This document shows positions 25,992 to 39,100 of a DNA stretch of 64,000 nt, piece after piece. The notes under the pieces were generated by a model that did no database searches, had not been told where the DNA came from, and saw only the letters and a program-made list of their open reading frames with translations. The DNA comes from Epiperipatus broadwayi (Eukaryota; Animalia; Onychophora), in assembly GCA_028023455.1 (NCBI GenBank), contig JAQFVV010000011.1, positions 4,402,001 through 4,466,000 of the forward strand, in the 5' to 3' direction. Both the position numbers and the translations under genes were made by a program. The number at the start of each line of letters is the position of its first letter. Within the stretch, counting starts at the first letter, position 1.

Positions 25992-27500
25992 ACTCCGTCT
26001 GCACTCTCACTATTGCAGGAGACTGGCCTTTCAAGTGGAGAAGTATAATGCCACAGGTAGATGAGTCCAATGGCACCTATAACCAGAGACCGAGGCTATA
26101 CAAAGTATAACCTACGGTCACATTTCCAATCTATAGAAATCCTCGGCTGCTAGATTCAAACCCGTTATCCAAAGCACTTTATTTGTTTTAAGGCTTAACC
26201 TCAGGTGCCAGCCAATCATAAGTTATATAGTCAGCATGCCCAGACAGCAGGTATACAATCTAGCGCGTGATATATCCCAAGCTAGTTCCTTTTTTCAATA
26301 GTGGGAAAGAAAAAAAAAATTTTAATACACTTGCTCAATACTTATAATTAACTGTAACTTAATTTATTTGTGTAACAGTTATACGAAAGAATCGATCAGG
26401 CAATAATTAAGCAAACAAATAATTTATTCACACACATTCTTAATTAAACATATTATAACAAAATTTAAATATAAGCACACATTTAAAATACAATATACTA
26501 ACTTACAAAAGCAATATTAAAAATTTACATACACTCCTAATTAAAACACATTATAATGAGGTACTATACGCACACATGTAGTTATGAAATAATATGACAA
26601 AATTTTAGAGGAGCGACATTAAAGATTACTCCTAGATGTAATATCAAAGCTCATTAGAGTCTTGCATTCTAATGTTCAAATCTTTAGATTGGGACAATAA
26701 AGAATATATTTACCTACAATTTTTGCGGATAGCACTTTGCATGGATACAATTCCTTGTTTGTTTCTGACTTGTTGATCACCAACCGGTTGGCCTTTCCTT
26801 TTTCATCGATGGTTTGGCTTTTTGCTGATTTTCCATGTTTCAATGAAGAAGAGAGATTTTCTGTAATTTTCAGATCACGAGGTGAACATGATTTTAAGAT
26901 GGAAAGCATCTGATGTTACGAAGGACTGGGATTGAAGGCTAGTCGCATACTTATGTTACTGTCTAGCACTGCATGCTGCTAGGTTGCCCTTCAATGAATA
27001 TAAGAATAGGCACCTGCATGCTGGAGATTTTAATGGCCCTCGTCTTCTCTTCTTTGAAAGTTTCTTATATGATACCAATATTGAATAATAACAAATATCG
27101 ACTATATAACAAAATAGTAGTATAATGTAAATCTCTCGGTCCTTTTATATGCTTCTTCCTCATTGTTTTCCAGTTATCATTCTCCAATTTGATTTAATTA
27201 ATTTATGGTTCCTTAATTAATTTTGCATTATGTTTTAATCTAAATTCTTGCTTAGATTAATCTAACAGTTTGATGAGATAATTTCCATAATCCTTTCCTT
27301 TGTTTCTTTAATTAATGTTATGGGAGTTATTATTTCTTTTCTTTATCAGCCAAGCAATCTTTAAATGAATCGCAGTTTGACAGTTTTCTTTTTACATATT
27401 ACATTTTTAGTTCAGTTTCCATTTTTATATTTTTTTAAATTTAAATTTATAAAAAGAGAGAGCTAGTTTTAACTTTTTACCCCCCCCCCTTCCTACTTGC
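25992..27500 (-). repeat. Unclassified dispersed repeat (family X), copy A
   Basis: Terminal module 25995-26290 (TATATAA, hairpin, AATAAA, second hairpin) plus upstream ORF-like region and poly-G tract, homologous to copies at 30.2, 49.2, 59.7 and 7.6 kb. Confidence 0.7.
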
Positions 27501-27949
27501 TCTTTAAATATTAAAACTTTCCTTTATTCTCCACAAGAATACACAACACTTTACTTTTGCAAGTTTGTGTTTAAAACATTTTATATTTCGTTTTTATTAA
27601 GACTTTATTATTTCTTTTTAAATTTAATTTGATCATTTATTAATAAATGATTCCACGGGTAATGCAGAATTTGTGTGTTCTCAAATCACGCATTCATTAG
27701 CAGTACAGTCTATTCATACAGTCAGTGCATTACTATTGTAAAAATAAATAAAATAACTACATAAATGTATTATTTGATATCAGGCCTTTTATTTATATGC
27801 TAATAAGAGTAAGCATTATGTATTTTCATTTTTATTATGTAGTGCTGCACATTTTAAATATGTTGTAGACTATGTGCTTCCCTACGATTTAAAAATTATA
27901 TACAAACTAAAGAAAAATCTGCAATCATTGTAACATAAGAAGTTTTCCA

Positions 27950-28320
27950 AAAGCATAGCATACTAAGAGTAATCCTAACTTCCACATAATCTAAACTTGA
28001 AATGTTGAAAAGCAAAAATTGCATCTACAAAATATCACATGGGTGTAGTAAATGTGAAAAGATATATATTTGTGAAATTAGTCATATTGAAAAATGATTA
28101 AGAGCTCAAACATGATTAGAAAAGAAAAAACAGTTGTGTCTAAAGAAGCAGATCATGTATGTACCAATGAATGTATGTTTGATTGGGAAAAAGTCAAAAA
28201 TATTGAAAGTGAAGAAAAAGTATACAAAGAAAAAAATTAAAAAAGCAATTAACATGGCCATAGCAAATAACCCTTAAGTCAACCTAGTATGATAATTTAT
28301 AATGTTTGGAAGCCAAGTCC
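27950..28320 (+). mobile_element. Penelope-like element, decayed GIY-YIG endonuclease
   Basis: CSKCEKIYICEI and FDWEKVKNIESEEKVYKEKIKKAI resemble PLE GIY-YIG motifs. Confidence 0.6.
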
Positions 28321-28330
28321 TTTAAAATAA

Positions 28331-28420
28331 GTGGAGTAGCCTAATTGGTTATAGCTTCGCATTGAATTCAATATTCATGAATCTAAAGGTCTGGGTTTGA
28401 TTCATATGCTAGTAATTGTC
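28331..28420 (+). mobile_element. tRNA-derived SINE head
   Basis: A-box TAGCCTAATTGG and B-box-like GGTTTGATTC. Confidence 0.5.
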
Positions 28421-30204
28421 ACTCATCAGGCTAGCTACACTTGAAAAAGTAAGGAGAATATATTATCACTTGAAACATTGTGCTATATACTGATTTGTGT
28501 GCTATTACTAATATTTGAATGTATTTGAAAAGTGTAAAGTTTGGATTTTTCTGAAGATATTTAACAATTAATAATATACATTGGAAATAGTCCAACATAA
28601 TTACTTTTTAAAATATCATCATAAACTTTTGACAAACATTAAGGTGCATTGGATCCAAAAAATTCACATGCACTATATCCAGATTTAAAACTCTTCATAG
28701 AGAAAGACTAAATCATAATTTAGGGCAGCAGTAAATAAAAATTTAATAAGAATTAGTATGATTATTCAAACTTACAATTAATCATAGACTTGAATAACTA
28801 TAAAATTAATAAGCACTGATAATTTAATACTTTTTATGTTAACGTCGTAAATTAAAAGTGAGTTCGAAAAGTTATATCTAATTCATTACAGTGTGATAAA
28901 GTACTTTCACAAATTTCTTACATATTATAAATATAAAGAGGGAAAAAACACTTAATGAATATTATTCCATGACATAGTAATTTACTTGTTTATCTAAGTA
29001 CATTTTATGAATGTGAAAGTATCATATATATTATGCTCACTTGGTATAAATAAATTTTTTTCTGTAAGAAATAGTAAGAAATATTGAATTAAATGTTAAT
29101 AAATTTGTTACTGAAATTTTTCAAAAATAAATATTATATATAATTGATTGCAAATATTGTAGATTTTTATTACTATTTATAAGTTTAATGATAATTAATT
29201 GTCAATTATTTATTAATGCTTTTGCTTTTTCACATTTTCCCTGTATTTGTTTCTTGAAGTGCAATTTACTCATGAATTTGGAGTCTTGAATGATTTTTTT
29301 TTAATCAATACTAGAGATAATCTTTTATATATATATTTTGCAACTGAAAGAAACTATCAATATGATATGAGTATTCAACCCATAATTATAAAATCAACGA
29401 CCTGCACGTGTAAACATTTATAATATACAAGTGCCATGCTCCCATCCCTCTACTACATTATTAATATGAGATGAAAAGAATGATATAAACACAAAACATG
29501 AGATAAATATAGATCAATGAAAGAGAATATTAAAAGTAAATGATTTGATACATATCAAATAAAATTATTTAAATATCTGGTATTGAAATCTCTTCTTCAA
29601 TGAAACTATTAAATTTCTTAGGATTTTTTTAAAAATGTATAATTTTAAAAAACAAGTCAAATATCTACTTACAGATTTTTAATTAGGAAAGTAGAAATAA
29701 TTTTAATTAAATTGTCGTTAGAAATCTATTCTTCTCATGCACATACATTCTTACACTTGTAAAACATTAATAGTGCACATTATCTTAAATATATAGCCAA
29801 ATCATTTCCTTCAAAAGATGTTTGGTTTTTTACATATAATATATCTTTGCTTATTGAAATGTGATTTACCTATGAACTTGGGCAAATTCTTGAATGATTT
29901 TTTTAAAATCAGTATTACAGATATTATTTTATCAATTTCACATATGAAGAAAGCACATTTTTACTATTCGTTATTACATCTGCTATTGTACCAGATTAAA
30001 TTCTAATGTAAGAAAGAACACCATCTCTTGATCTTTTAAGTAAATGATTATATTGGTCTATAACTGTTTTTCCTTTCAAATGTATATGACTCTTGCCACT
30101 TAAAACTTATTTATAAATGTTGTAAGGATTTTCTTTAATTTAAACAATGATTAATATGTGCTATGAATGTATAACAGTTGATGGAATCTCCCTAACCTAA
30201 TCTG

Positions 30205-31800
30205 CCATACAGGGCGCCATTAGGCAATTTGAACCTAGAAAATTTATATAGTAGATAGATACGCACGGGAGAGGTTATTCTTTTATCAAACCGAAAGCCC
30301 CAGTCATTAGCTCAGGGAGGAGCTGATGTTAAAATTTCTAATTCTTAATTAATATTATTAATAAAATATATAAAATGAGTTACTACCAAAATTAATTCAA
30401 CAAAACATTTTATTACAATGCACACAAACATTAAAAGGAAAATTCTGAAAATTATATGCACAGATGGAATCATTTAATACAATTTTAATATTTTACTAAG
30501 CATGAATATGCTATATAGATTACGCATATAACAAACCCGATCCTTTTTAACCTTAGGCCAAAATCACATTTAAATCAGCGCTAGCTTACTGATATACCGA
30601 TGTGACCAATGCAGAATGAGATTAGCATAACACAATCATGCTAACAGGAATTCACATCTGTAGCATGATATCATTAGAGAAATAACAAATCATGGTAAGA
30701 AGGAATGAGCATCTTCTCCATGATAATTAATAAACCTTACCAACAGACAGGAACAATCCACTGCCCAATTGGTGATAGAAAAAAGAAATTCTTGAAATAT
30801 ATATATACGAGATGCTCTGTAAAAGGGAATAGCGATCTTTGCCGGCTTACTGTCTTGACCAGAGAGTAAGAAAATCAATGGCGTAGGAAATACATCTATG
30901 ACCATTAACAATGTGATGGCTACACTTTTGGCCACGTGTTCAGGTGGGTATTATGCCCTGTATGCTAATACGGTACAAGGGAACGAGTATCCAATGCATC
31001 TATTCAGATTACATTGACATAAAACATCCATATATCTATCCACCAGCACCGATTTAACTACAAAACAATTAGCCCAAAATTAACACCACCTTAAACTAAC
31101 ATAATCTTACGAATCTATACAGCCATTTACACTTATTTTAAATTATTAATTTAAAAGAAATTTATGAGAATGGAAATGATATCAAACACATATATAAAAA
31201 TATAATAAATAATTTAAAATTTTAGTCAGATAAAAGATTTCTTTTAAAATTAAATTACGTTTAAAATTACTATTTGAAAAAGTTTGTATTATATAATTCA
31301 TATTTCATTTAAAACAAAAGTTTATACTTTCCAAGGCTGTAGGTAAAGTCCGTCTTTGCAGTCCTTGATGTGTCACACAATTCAAAGTTCTTTCCATTTC
31401 ATATTGTTCTAGTTGGAGACAAGTCCATTGCTGGCCAGTTTCCGGGAACCATCATTCTCTGGAGACTGCCACAGCTGGTGCAAACACGGGAAACGTAAAT
31501 TATTGCTGTCCCCTACATTTTGGAGATCCGCAGTACAACTTATAAATATATTTAAATAAGGCACAATTAGCATGAGCAATCTAAATCTCAACTTCAAAGT
31601 TTTCTTTTTATATCCTTTTTGAATTCTTATCAAATTCCAGGATCGATCTTGCCTGGTTTGGCGATGATGACCTTTCTCTGTGGACCATGTGTTTATTTCC
31701 ATTGTTATTGGTCAGTTTTCTTTAGAGCGGGAACTCAAAATTTTATCACTAGTATTTTTTTAAATTGATCTCTTATCTGACTTTATGCGCAAGGGCCTGT
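30205..31800 (-). repeat. Family X copy D (truncated module plus longer upstream remnant)
   Basis: CAGGGCGCCA, TTTATATAG and TAGCTC in the same order as copy A; conserved minus-strand AATAAA region at about 30405. Confidence 0.45.
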
Positions 31801-32252
31801 TTGCTATTACGTCAATATAGAAAATCATTTCCATTCTAAGATTAAAAATAACTAATTAACAGCTTTTTATTTTATTTTATAGTAAAACAATCTTGTTTTT
31901 ATATTTTAAACTAGTATGAGATAGTGATCATGTGATGTTTAGTGGTTAAACTTTAAATAATTATATAATTAGTTTGCCATTTGTGCATATATTTATATAT
32001 ATTAATTTAAATAAAATTATTAAATTCTCTTTTTTATATATATATATTTCTACTTGAGGGTGATTTTATATTTTTTCCACTTTTATTTGAAAGTGATGTA
32101 ATGGCATACACTTATTCCATTACTATATATATATTTTAATGTATGCTAGAATTAAATGTTCTATTTTGGAAGAGAATCAAAGCATTTAATTATTGAAACA
32201 AATATTAAATTTCTGATTTTGGATTAATATTTAAAATAAAGCCATGACAGAT

Positions 32253-32361
32253 GTCAAGTGTTGTTAGCCGAGAGGTCATCGCAGCAGCCTTGCAAGCAAG
32301 TAGTTGGTTGCAGACGGTTGTGGGTTCGCGTCCCAGCCGATGCTATGACATATGGAAAAAA
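32253..32361 (+). mobile_element. Young tRNA-derived SINE with poly(A) tail and 15 bp TSD
   Basis: A-box TAGCCGAGAGG at 32265-32275, B-box GGTTCGCGTCC at 32323-32333; TSD AAAGCCATGACAGAT at 32238-32252 and 32362-32376. Confidence 0.9.
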
Positions 32362-33783
32362 AAAGCCATGACAGATATATTTTATTAATTAAAAATTTGC
32401 ACTGTTTTATTGTAGAAATATTTATTTTAATCTTTAAATAATACTGATATTACAATGTCCTTCTTTGATCATGTTTACCTATTTTTGATATTTCCTAAAA
32501 CATAAAAGAAAAATTTTTTTAATTATCATTTATATTAAAAGCTGTGTATATCATGTATGTTGAGTAATTTAAAGTATATTTCTAAATTTTATTCTATAAA
32601 TAAACCAAAAAATATAAATAATAAGTGCATCAAAAAAAAAAAAAAAATTACGTTTGTAAGATATGCTAGCAGGATAAAATATATATGAAGAACAAAGTTC
32701 TGTTGCCTTTTCTCATTAATCCTTTTTTTTTTTTTTTTGCTTTTTGCTTGTTGGTTAATATAGAGAGTAAAATCTTTTTGTAATTAATTTTAATCCATTT
32801 AAATTTAATTCTTTTTGGAATCAAGTAGATTACCTATTGGCTATAACTTTGTTAATCATTTTAAAGAAAATAAAACATCAAAGAACAATATTTTCTATTT
32901 ATCTGCAGGTCACAAAAATGAAAATTAATCTAATGATAACTAACATAAAACGTAGTGTTTTCATCATATTTGCATGGATTTTTTTTTTTAAAAAAGATAA
33001 AAAAAACTTTTATTTTATACATTGATATTTTTTTATGACCCTTAGAATATTAACTAATAAGATTTTCAAATGAGTTTATCATTTCTTTAATTATTTAGAA
33101 CTGTTTAACATCATTATTATTATTACCTTTTTTTAAAAAAGTAGTATTTGTACAAAAAAAAAAATGTTTGATGGTATTGTGCGTTTTGATCTCTTCATAA
33201 TTCCTTATTTTTTTTTTTTTTTTAGTTAAATAAAAGTTATAGTTTAACTACTTAAGAATATGTTACTTAAAGAACAGTATAAGTTAGAAATTGACTATTT
33301 TAAAGTAAAATTAATCTGATACTATTTATGATTGATTTTTGTTTTTATTTACTAAATAGCCATCTTAAGCCTAATGTTTTATATTACATAGTTAAAGAAT
33401 ATTAATCGAATTACATTATTAAATTTTTTTATAGGTTATTATTATTATTAGATTTATAAATAGTAATAAAAGTTTATAATATTTTTGCAACCAAATTATA
33501 CATAATAGTAATTTCTGAAAAATTTCTGTATTTAATATTTTATTTACACAAATAAGTAAAATGTATACCAAATCTTTATACACATAAAATATAGTTAAGA
33601 TGGTAAATGCAATTAAATTGATATATATTAATTCAATAAAGAGTTTTCAAGTACATAATATAAATAGCAAGAGATTATTTCCACTTGTATAATTATGTGT
33701 GTGTATTGAAATTTTTTTAATGTACTGCCTTTTTTTTTTTTTGGTAGAATGTTATAATGTACTGCCTTTTTTTTTTTTGGTAG

Positions 33784-33877
33784 AATGTTATATTCTTATG
33801 TTCAAAAGCACAATGAAGCCAAGAATATTACTGTTACATATTTGATTTCTGGATTTCAAAAATCTGAAGAGAATAGT
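33784..33877 (+). CDS. POLD3: DNA polymerase delta subunit 3, exon 3
   Basis: (Q)MLYSYVQKHNEAKNITVTYLISGFQKSEENS vs human QMLYDYV...HVTYLVSG; phase 2 start matches exon 2; AGT|GTAAGT donor. Confidence 0.95.
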
Positions 33878-34589
33878 GTAAGTATTATTCATAAATCTAT
33901 AAAAAAATGTATACAACTTGTCAGTTTAGTATTTATATCTTTCTCCCAATCTTGAATTGTTTTTTTAATTAATTTAATTTTGGAAATTGAAAATTGCAAT
34001 AGGTTGTGCTTCTCTGTAGTGCACATCTAGTAAAAGAAATGTGATAACAGAAAACAAATATTAGACAAGATGACTATTAAAATTTTGAATTTATATTCAT
34101 ATCTTATAATTAAATTTCTTGTGTTATTTTATTAAATATAGGAGTATTTAAGTGATAAATGTTTTTACGTATTAAAAAGTAATGCAAATTTGCAAGAAAT
34201 GAAATGAATTGATGAATCATAAAAGAAAAAAGAAATTTTCAATTTAACCAACTTTACACTAACAGTATAAACTAAAACCTATTATTCTGTAAAAATATAT
34301 ATATATGCAATTAATTATTATGTTTCATTTATAAAATTTGTGTAATTTCATTTTGATCTGTCTTTACTGTTTAAGTATGACACACACACCATTTTTTTTC
34401 TGCTCATTCTAATTTATCTTATTCCTATGAAAAATTTCATTGTTCATAACACAATGTTAATGTTTGGTGTTGCTTTAATGTTTCTTCTTCATAATTATAG
34501 CCAATTGAAAATGTTTTGATTTCTTTTACTTTATTAAATTAATAATGTATATTAATATTGTAATTAATAAAAAGAAAAAAAAATGTATA

Positions 34590-34760
34590 TGTTTTTGGTT
34601 GTTGGCCCTTCCGATGGATTTTGGATCTATAGTCTGTGGCAGTTTGAGATGGATTATTTAGCATATAACATACTATTAATAGTTTCCCAATCTTGACAGT
34701 TTTTCGAAAAAGGGAAATGAATGACATTGTCAAGGGACCGAGAAATTGATATATTGCAAT
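34590..34760 (-). mobile_element. Mariner transposase remnant
   Basis: NPSQTATDYRSKIHRKGQQ resembles SPDLAP.DF.LF..LK..LKG.RF. Confidence 0.35.
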
Positions 34761-35989
34761 GCTATTGGAAAAAAGAAACAAGAATTATTCTTTTCAAGAG
34801 TGCAGTTCATGATTTATAATATTATATCAGTCCAATAGGACTGAGTATCAATAATTATTAATGGAAAAATATTTTGATTATTGTTTAAGCTTTTAATAGA
34901 AACCAAATCTTCAGTACTCTTAACAACTTAGTGGAGAAATTTAATTTCTGAACAGTGAAATATTAGTTAAGAAGGACTTGACCTGAAGATTTAGTTGTCA
35001 AGGTTAGCTCCCAAGATTTGTATTTACTTCCCAGAATTATTTATTTATTTAAACTTTTTTTGATAAATTTTATCAGATTTCTATAAATGTTACCTATTTT
35101 TTAAATGCTATTGATATAAGCAGCTTTATTTTAGGGGAGTAACTTCTGGTCTCTTAGATCTAGTTTTGCAGCAGATGTTTTGATTAGAGAGAATAGAAAA
35201 GTTAGATTGATTTTATTACTTAAGTATTACTTAGTAATCTTCAGAATATTAATTTTTTTATTGTCCACAAATGCATTGTTTCTAAGAGGAATTACATTAG
35301 ATACAATATTTCAAATATAATTTTAATAGATTTTTTTTTTTAACTCCTTGATTGTCAATATAAGGATAATGAAGTGATTAGAATATTGTAAAGATATTAG
35401 TCATCTGTATTATGCTATATCATTTATACCAAACAACATATTTGAAATTCTTTATGTTTTAGTATTTTGGAAAAAAAAAAAATATTATGTAAAAAAAAGT
35501 CTGTAAAAATGTTGGCAATGGGTGTAATCATCTTTCTTTAACTGAATCTATTTGGTTTTAAAATTTTCTGTAGATACTTGGTAAAAGAATTATTAAATAG
35601 ACTAGGAATATTTGTGTAGTGAAACTTAGATTTACAAAAAATTAATTGAGGAATATAGTGTTTCGAATCTGAATTAATTATACAATTAAAGGCATTATTA
35701 CTTTATTAATATGAATATAATTATGAAAACTTGATATCATACTTATGTAGTAGGCTTGTATATTGTAACTTTTAAGTATTGAGTTTTCAGATGATATACA
35801 GGCTGTCTCCTAGATATGAATTTAATTGGTTCTTGGCGTGTGCTTGAAAGTTGAAATTGTTTGAAAATAAAGGTATGTTTAAAAAAAACATCAAAAAGGG
35901 TTTCCAAAATACAGTATTTATTTTTTATTGATTAGTATTTGGAATTTTGTTTATAATTTATCAAGAGTTAATTGAATTGTATTCTTTTT

Positions 35990-36160
35990 TTCTCTTGATA
36001 AAGAATTCTATAGCATTTTGTGTCTTTTTCTATTGCCCTTCGTACATGAGATATATGCCCTCCATTGGGATCACATTCTTCCCTGATGGGCAAAAATTTG
36101 TCAAGATGCATGATGGATGGAATGAAATAGTGTCCAGTTGCTTGATTGCTTAAAGTTGCG
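35990..36160 (-). mobile_element. Mariner C-terminal remnant
   Basis: Region resembling the mariner ..RW.KC....G.Y terminus; TACAGGCTGTCTCC TIR-like motif near 35796. Confidence 0.3.
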
Positions 36161-39100
36161 AGTTTGTGAAAGGTTGTATTTTTTACAAATTTTTTTTTTA
36201 TTATTATTCATCTCACTTAAGAAAAATGAGAAGAACTTTGTAAATAATCATTAATTTTTAAACCTTATTAATAAACCTATGTATATGTGACAAAAAAATT
36301 TTTTTTTTTACTCTTGTGAATAATATAGTGTAATGGAACATACAATCGCCCCAATGGCTGGCAGCTAATTGTAATGGACAATTCTTTTCGATTATAATGT
36401 ATCTCAGGTTGTTGACTTATTTTATCAAAGTATGTGTATAACAGAAAATAAACTAGCCCAATCATTGAATTTCAATTGTAATGGACTGGATTATGATGCT
36501 AAACTTTTATTTAATGATCCTACATATTTGGGCAGCAATTATAATAAACTGCATCCATGCATCAGAAGATAAATATTATGCATGAGTAAATATGGTTTAA
36601 TCATTGATTAACAATTACAATATTGCTTATTCGACTAGCTATGCATAAAATATACATGGATACCAAAGAACAATAATAAAAGAGATATTAAATGATTTAC
36701 TCTTAGGGTTAACTTGATCAGTGATTTATCACCAAAATATAACTTGGAAACAAAGGGAATTTTATTGTATTCAACCTATATTTGGAGACAAAGATTATAT
36801 ATAAAACAATATTCCATACTGTTCTCTGCACTGAAAAGAGAAAAATAAAAGATATCAATAAATTTCAAATAAATCACGAAATCATTTCATTTTAACAAAT
36901 GGTATACGCTTTATTTTAATTGTGGTTTGACTTTCTTTTAAAATAGTAATAATTATAGTAAACATTTACAATATTTTGTTTACTTTTCAAGTTTCCATTT
37001 TAATTCAATATAATTAACAATATGTAATAGCAATAGGTATGGAATGTTGTTTGTGTCTGCATAAGAATCATTTATTATTTAACATCCAAAAGATGTAATA
37101 AAGAAGAAATGATGAAATCATAATAGCTTTTTAAATTAATAATTTAGAATCATCAACATGTTTCTTAAGATTAGATCACTTTACCATAAAAAAAAAAAAT
37201 GTGACTACTTTTCCCACTCTGTTCGTTTTTGACTACAAACTATTACAAGTACAAATTCTTTGTATTTATTATTTATAATAGGGCTTTTATCATAGCCCAT
37301 AAACTCAATATCCTCCTTTATACATTTATTACTTCTGAGATTTCAATAAATATTTATCACGGATTATATATCCCCTAGTGTATGAAACTTTTATAGATAG
37401 AAAGGTATACTGTGATCATTTATGTACATTTCATATATATATCACATAATATTAAATGTGACTTTTATATGTAAAGTAATACATAGAAAATTGGATAAGA
37501 AACATAGGAAAGAAAAGAAATTTATTTTAAGATAGTGTCAATTAAAAAATCAAAAAATGGTGTAGTTGAGGAATGCAATTAAAAGCAGAATCAATTATAG
37601 TAATTAAAGAAAGTGAAGGGAGGGAAGCGAACGAGATTTTTATCTTTCACCTTCCAAAGTCAACTTTTTAAAATTTAAGAATAGTATAAAGTTAAGAGAA
37701 TATTAAAACAGGATCACCGAAGGCTAAGAATACGACAGAAGTAAGCTGCATGAAGGAATCCGAGCTGGATCCCAAGAACTACCAGCTCTCCAAAAGAAGT
37801 GGAATAATCCACATGATGGTTAACTAATTATTCGTTGAAGTCCAGAAAAACCTAGGTAATTAAACTTTAAATATATATCACGCGTGCACACACTTTCTTA
37901 AAATGGCCAAAAGAAATTAAAATGTAATTACAACTGTAAATCTTAGTGAATCAAATAATTAGTAAGTTTTCGTTATTAAATAATACGTGGAGAGAAGGAC
38001 TTTAAGCTCTAGAATATCTACATAAACTAAGAACAATTATTATTTAGTGTGAAGGGTTAAATTAAATGTAATCTGTATTATTCTAATGATTTCTTATTTT
38101 ATGTTTTAAATATTATATCTTAAGTGTGTATTTTAGTGTATTGTATTAAACAGTATTTATTAATGAATAGCTCTTTACGTCTTGTCTTTCTTTCTCCACC
38201 ATACTAATTAGAATGATATACCCGTAGGGTTTATCAAATACTAAGTAGACATTAATTCTAGTAAGAGGTACACGTGTCAATCTGGTACAGTAACATTAAA
38301 TCTCGTAAATTTTATAAATATTTCAAGCGCTGGATTTTTTTGTAATTAAATCATTCTTATGAATGGTGTATCCAACAGCCGAGGAACGTCTGGTCGGGAA
38401 AAATAATACTGGAATATTACATTTGTAATCTCAGTGTTCGATCAGGAATATAGACTTAAATAATTCGTCTATATTTGCTTCTTGCTTGACGTGACAGTTG
38501 TGTCGAGTAAAAGTTAAAAGTTAGAAACTTTATTACGAGACAAAACGTAAAATCTGTTACAATATATAGACAACTCCTATCTCATGGGTGAGGAAAAATG
38601 CATCTAAAACACAGACACCAAGTATCTACAGCATGACCTACCTTTTGAAACATATCTAATGATGAGATTATGAATTAATTTCTAAAGAAAAATATTAAAA
38701 GATAATAAATTTGTAAACACAATATAATACATTATGCCTATATTTATAAATGATTCCTACACAACAAATGACAATCATGTAATTTCCAACCTAAATTCTG
38801 TACACAGATGCATATATAATGCGTTTAAATTAAACTGTATTTTACTGACAAATAATTTCTATTATATATCATCATTTGTTAATAAGTTGAGGTTTAAAAT
38901 TGTTTTATTTATATAACATACATATATAAGATTTAAGAATTAAAAGACAGCAAAAAAAAATTTGATGGTAAGTGACTTTCTAGCATGTTTTTTTTTTTAT
39001 TATTGATATGAATAAATTCAAAGGTTAATAACAATTTCCTTATATTATGTACAAACATATATATATATATCGCATGTGAATTACGATAGATCTAAAATTC

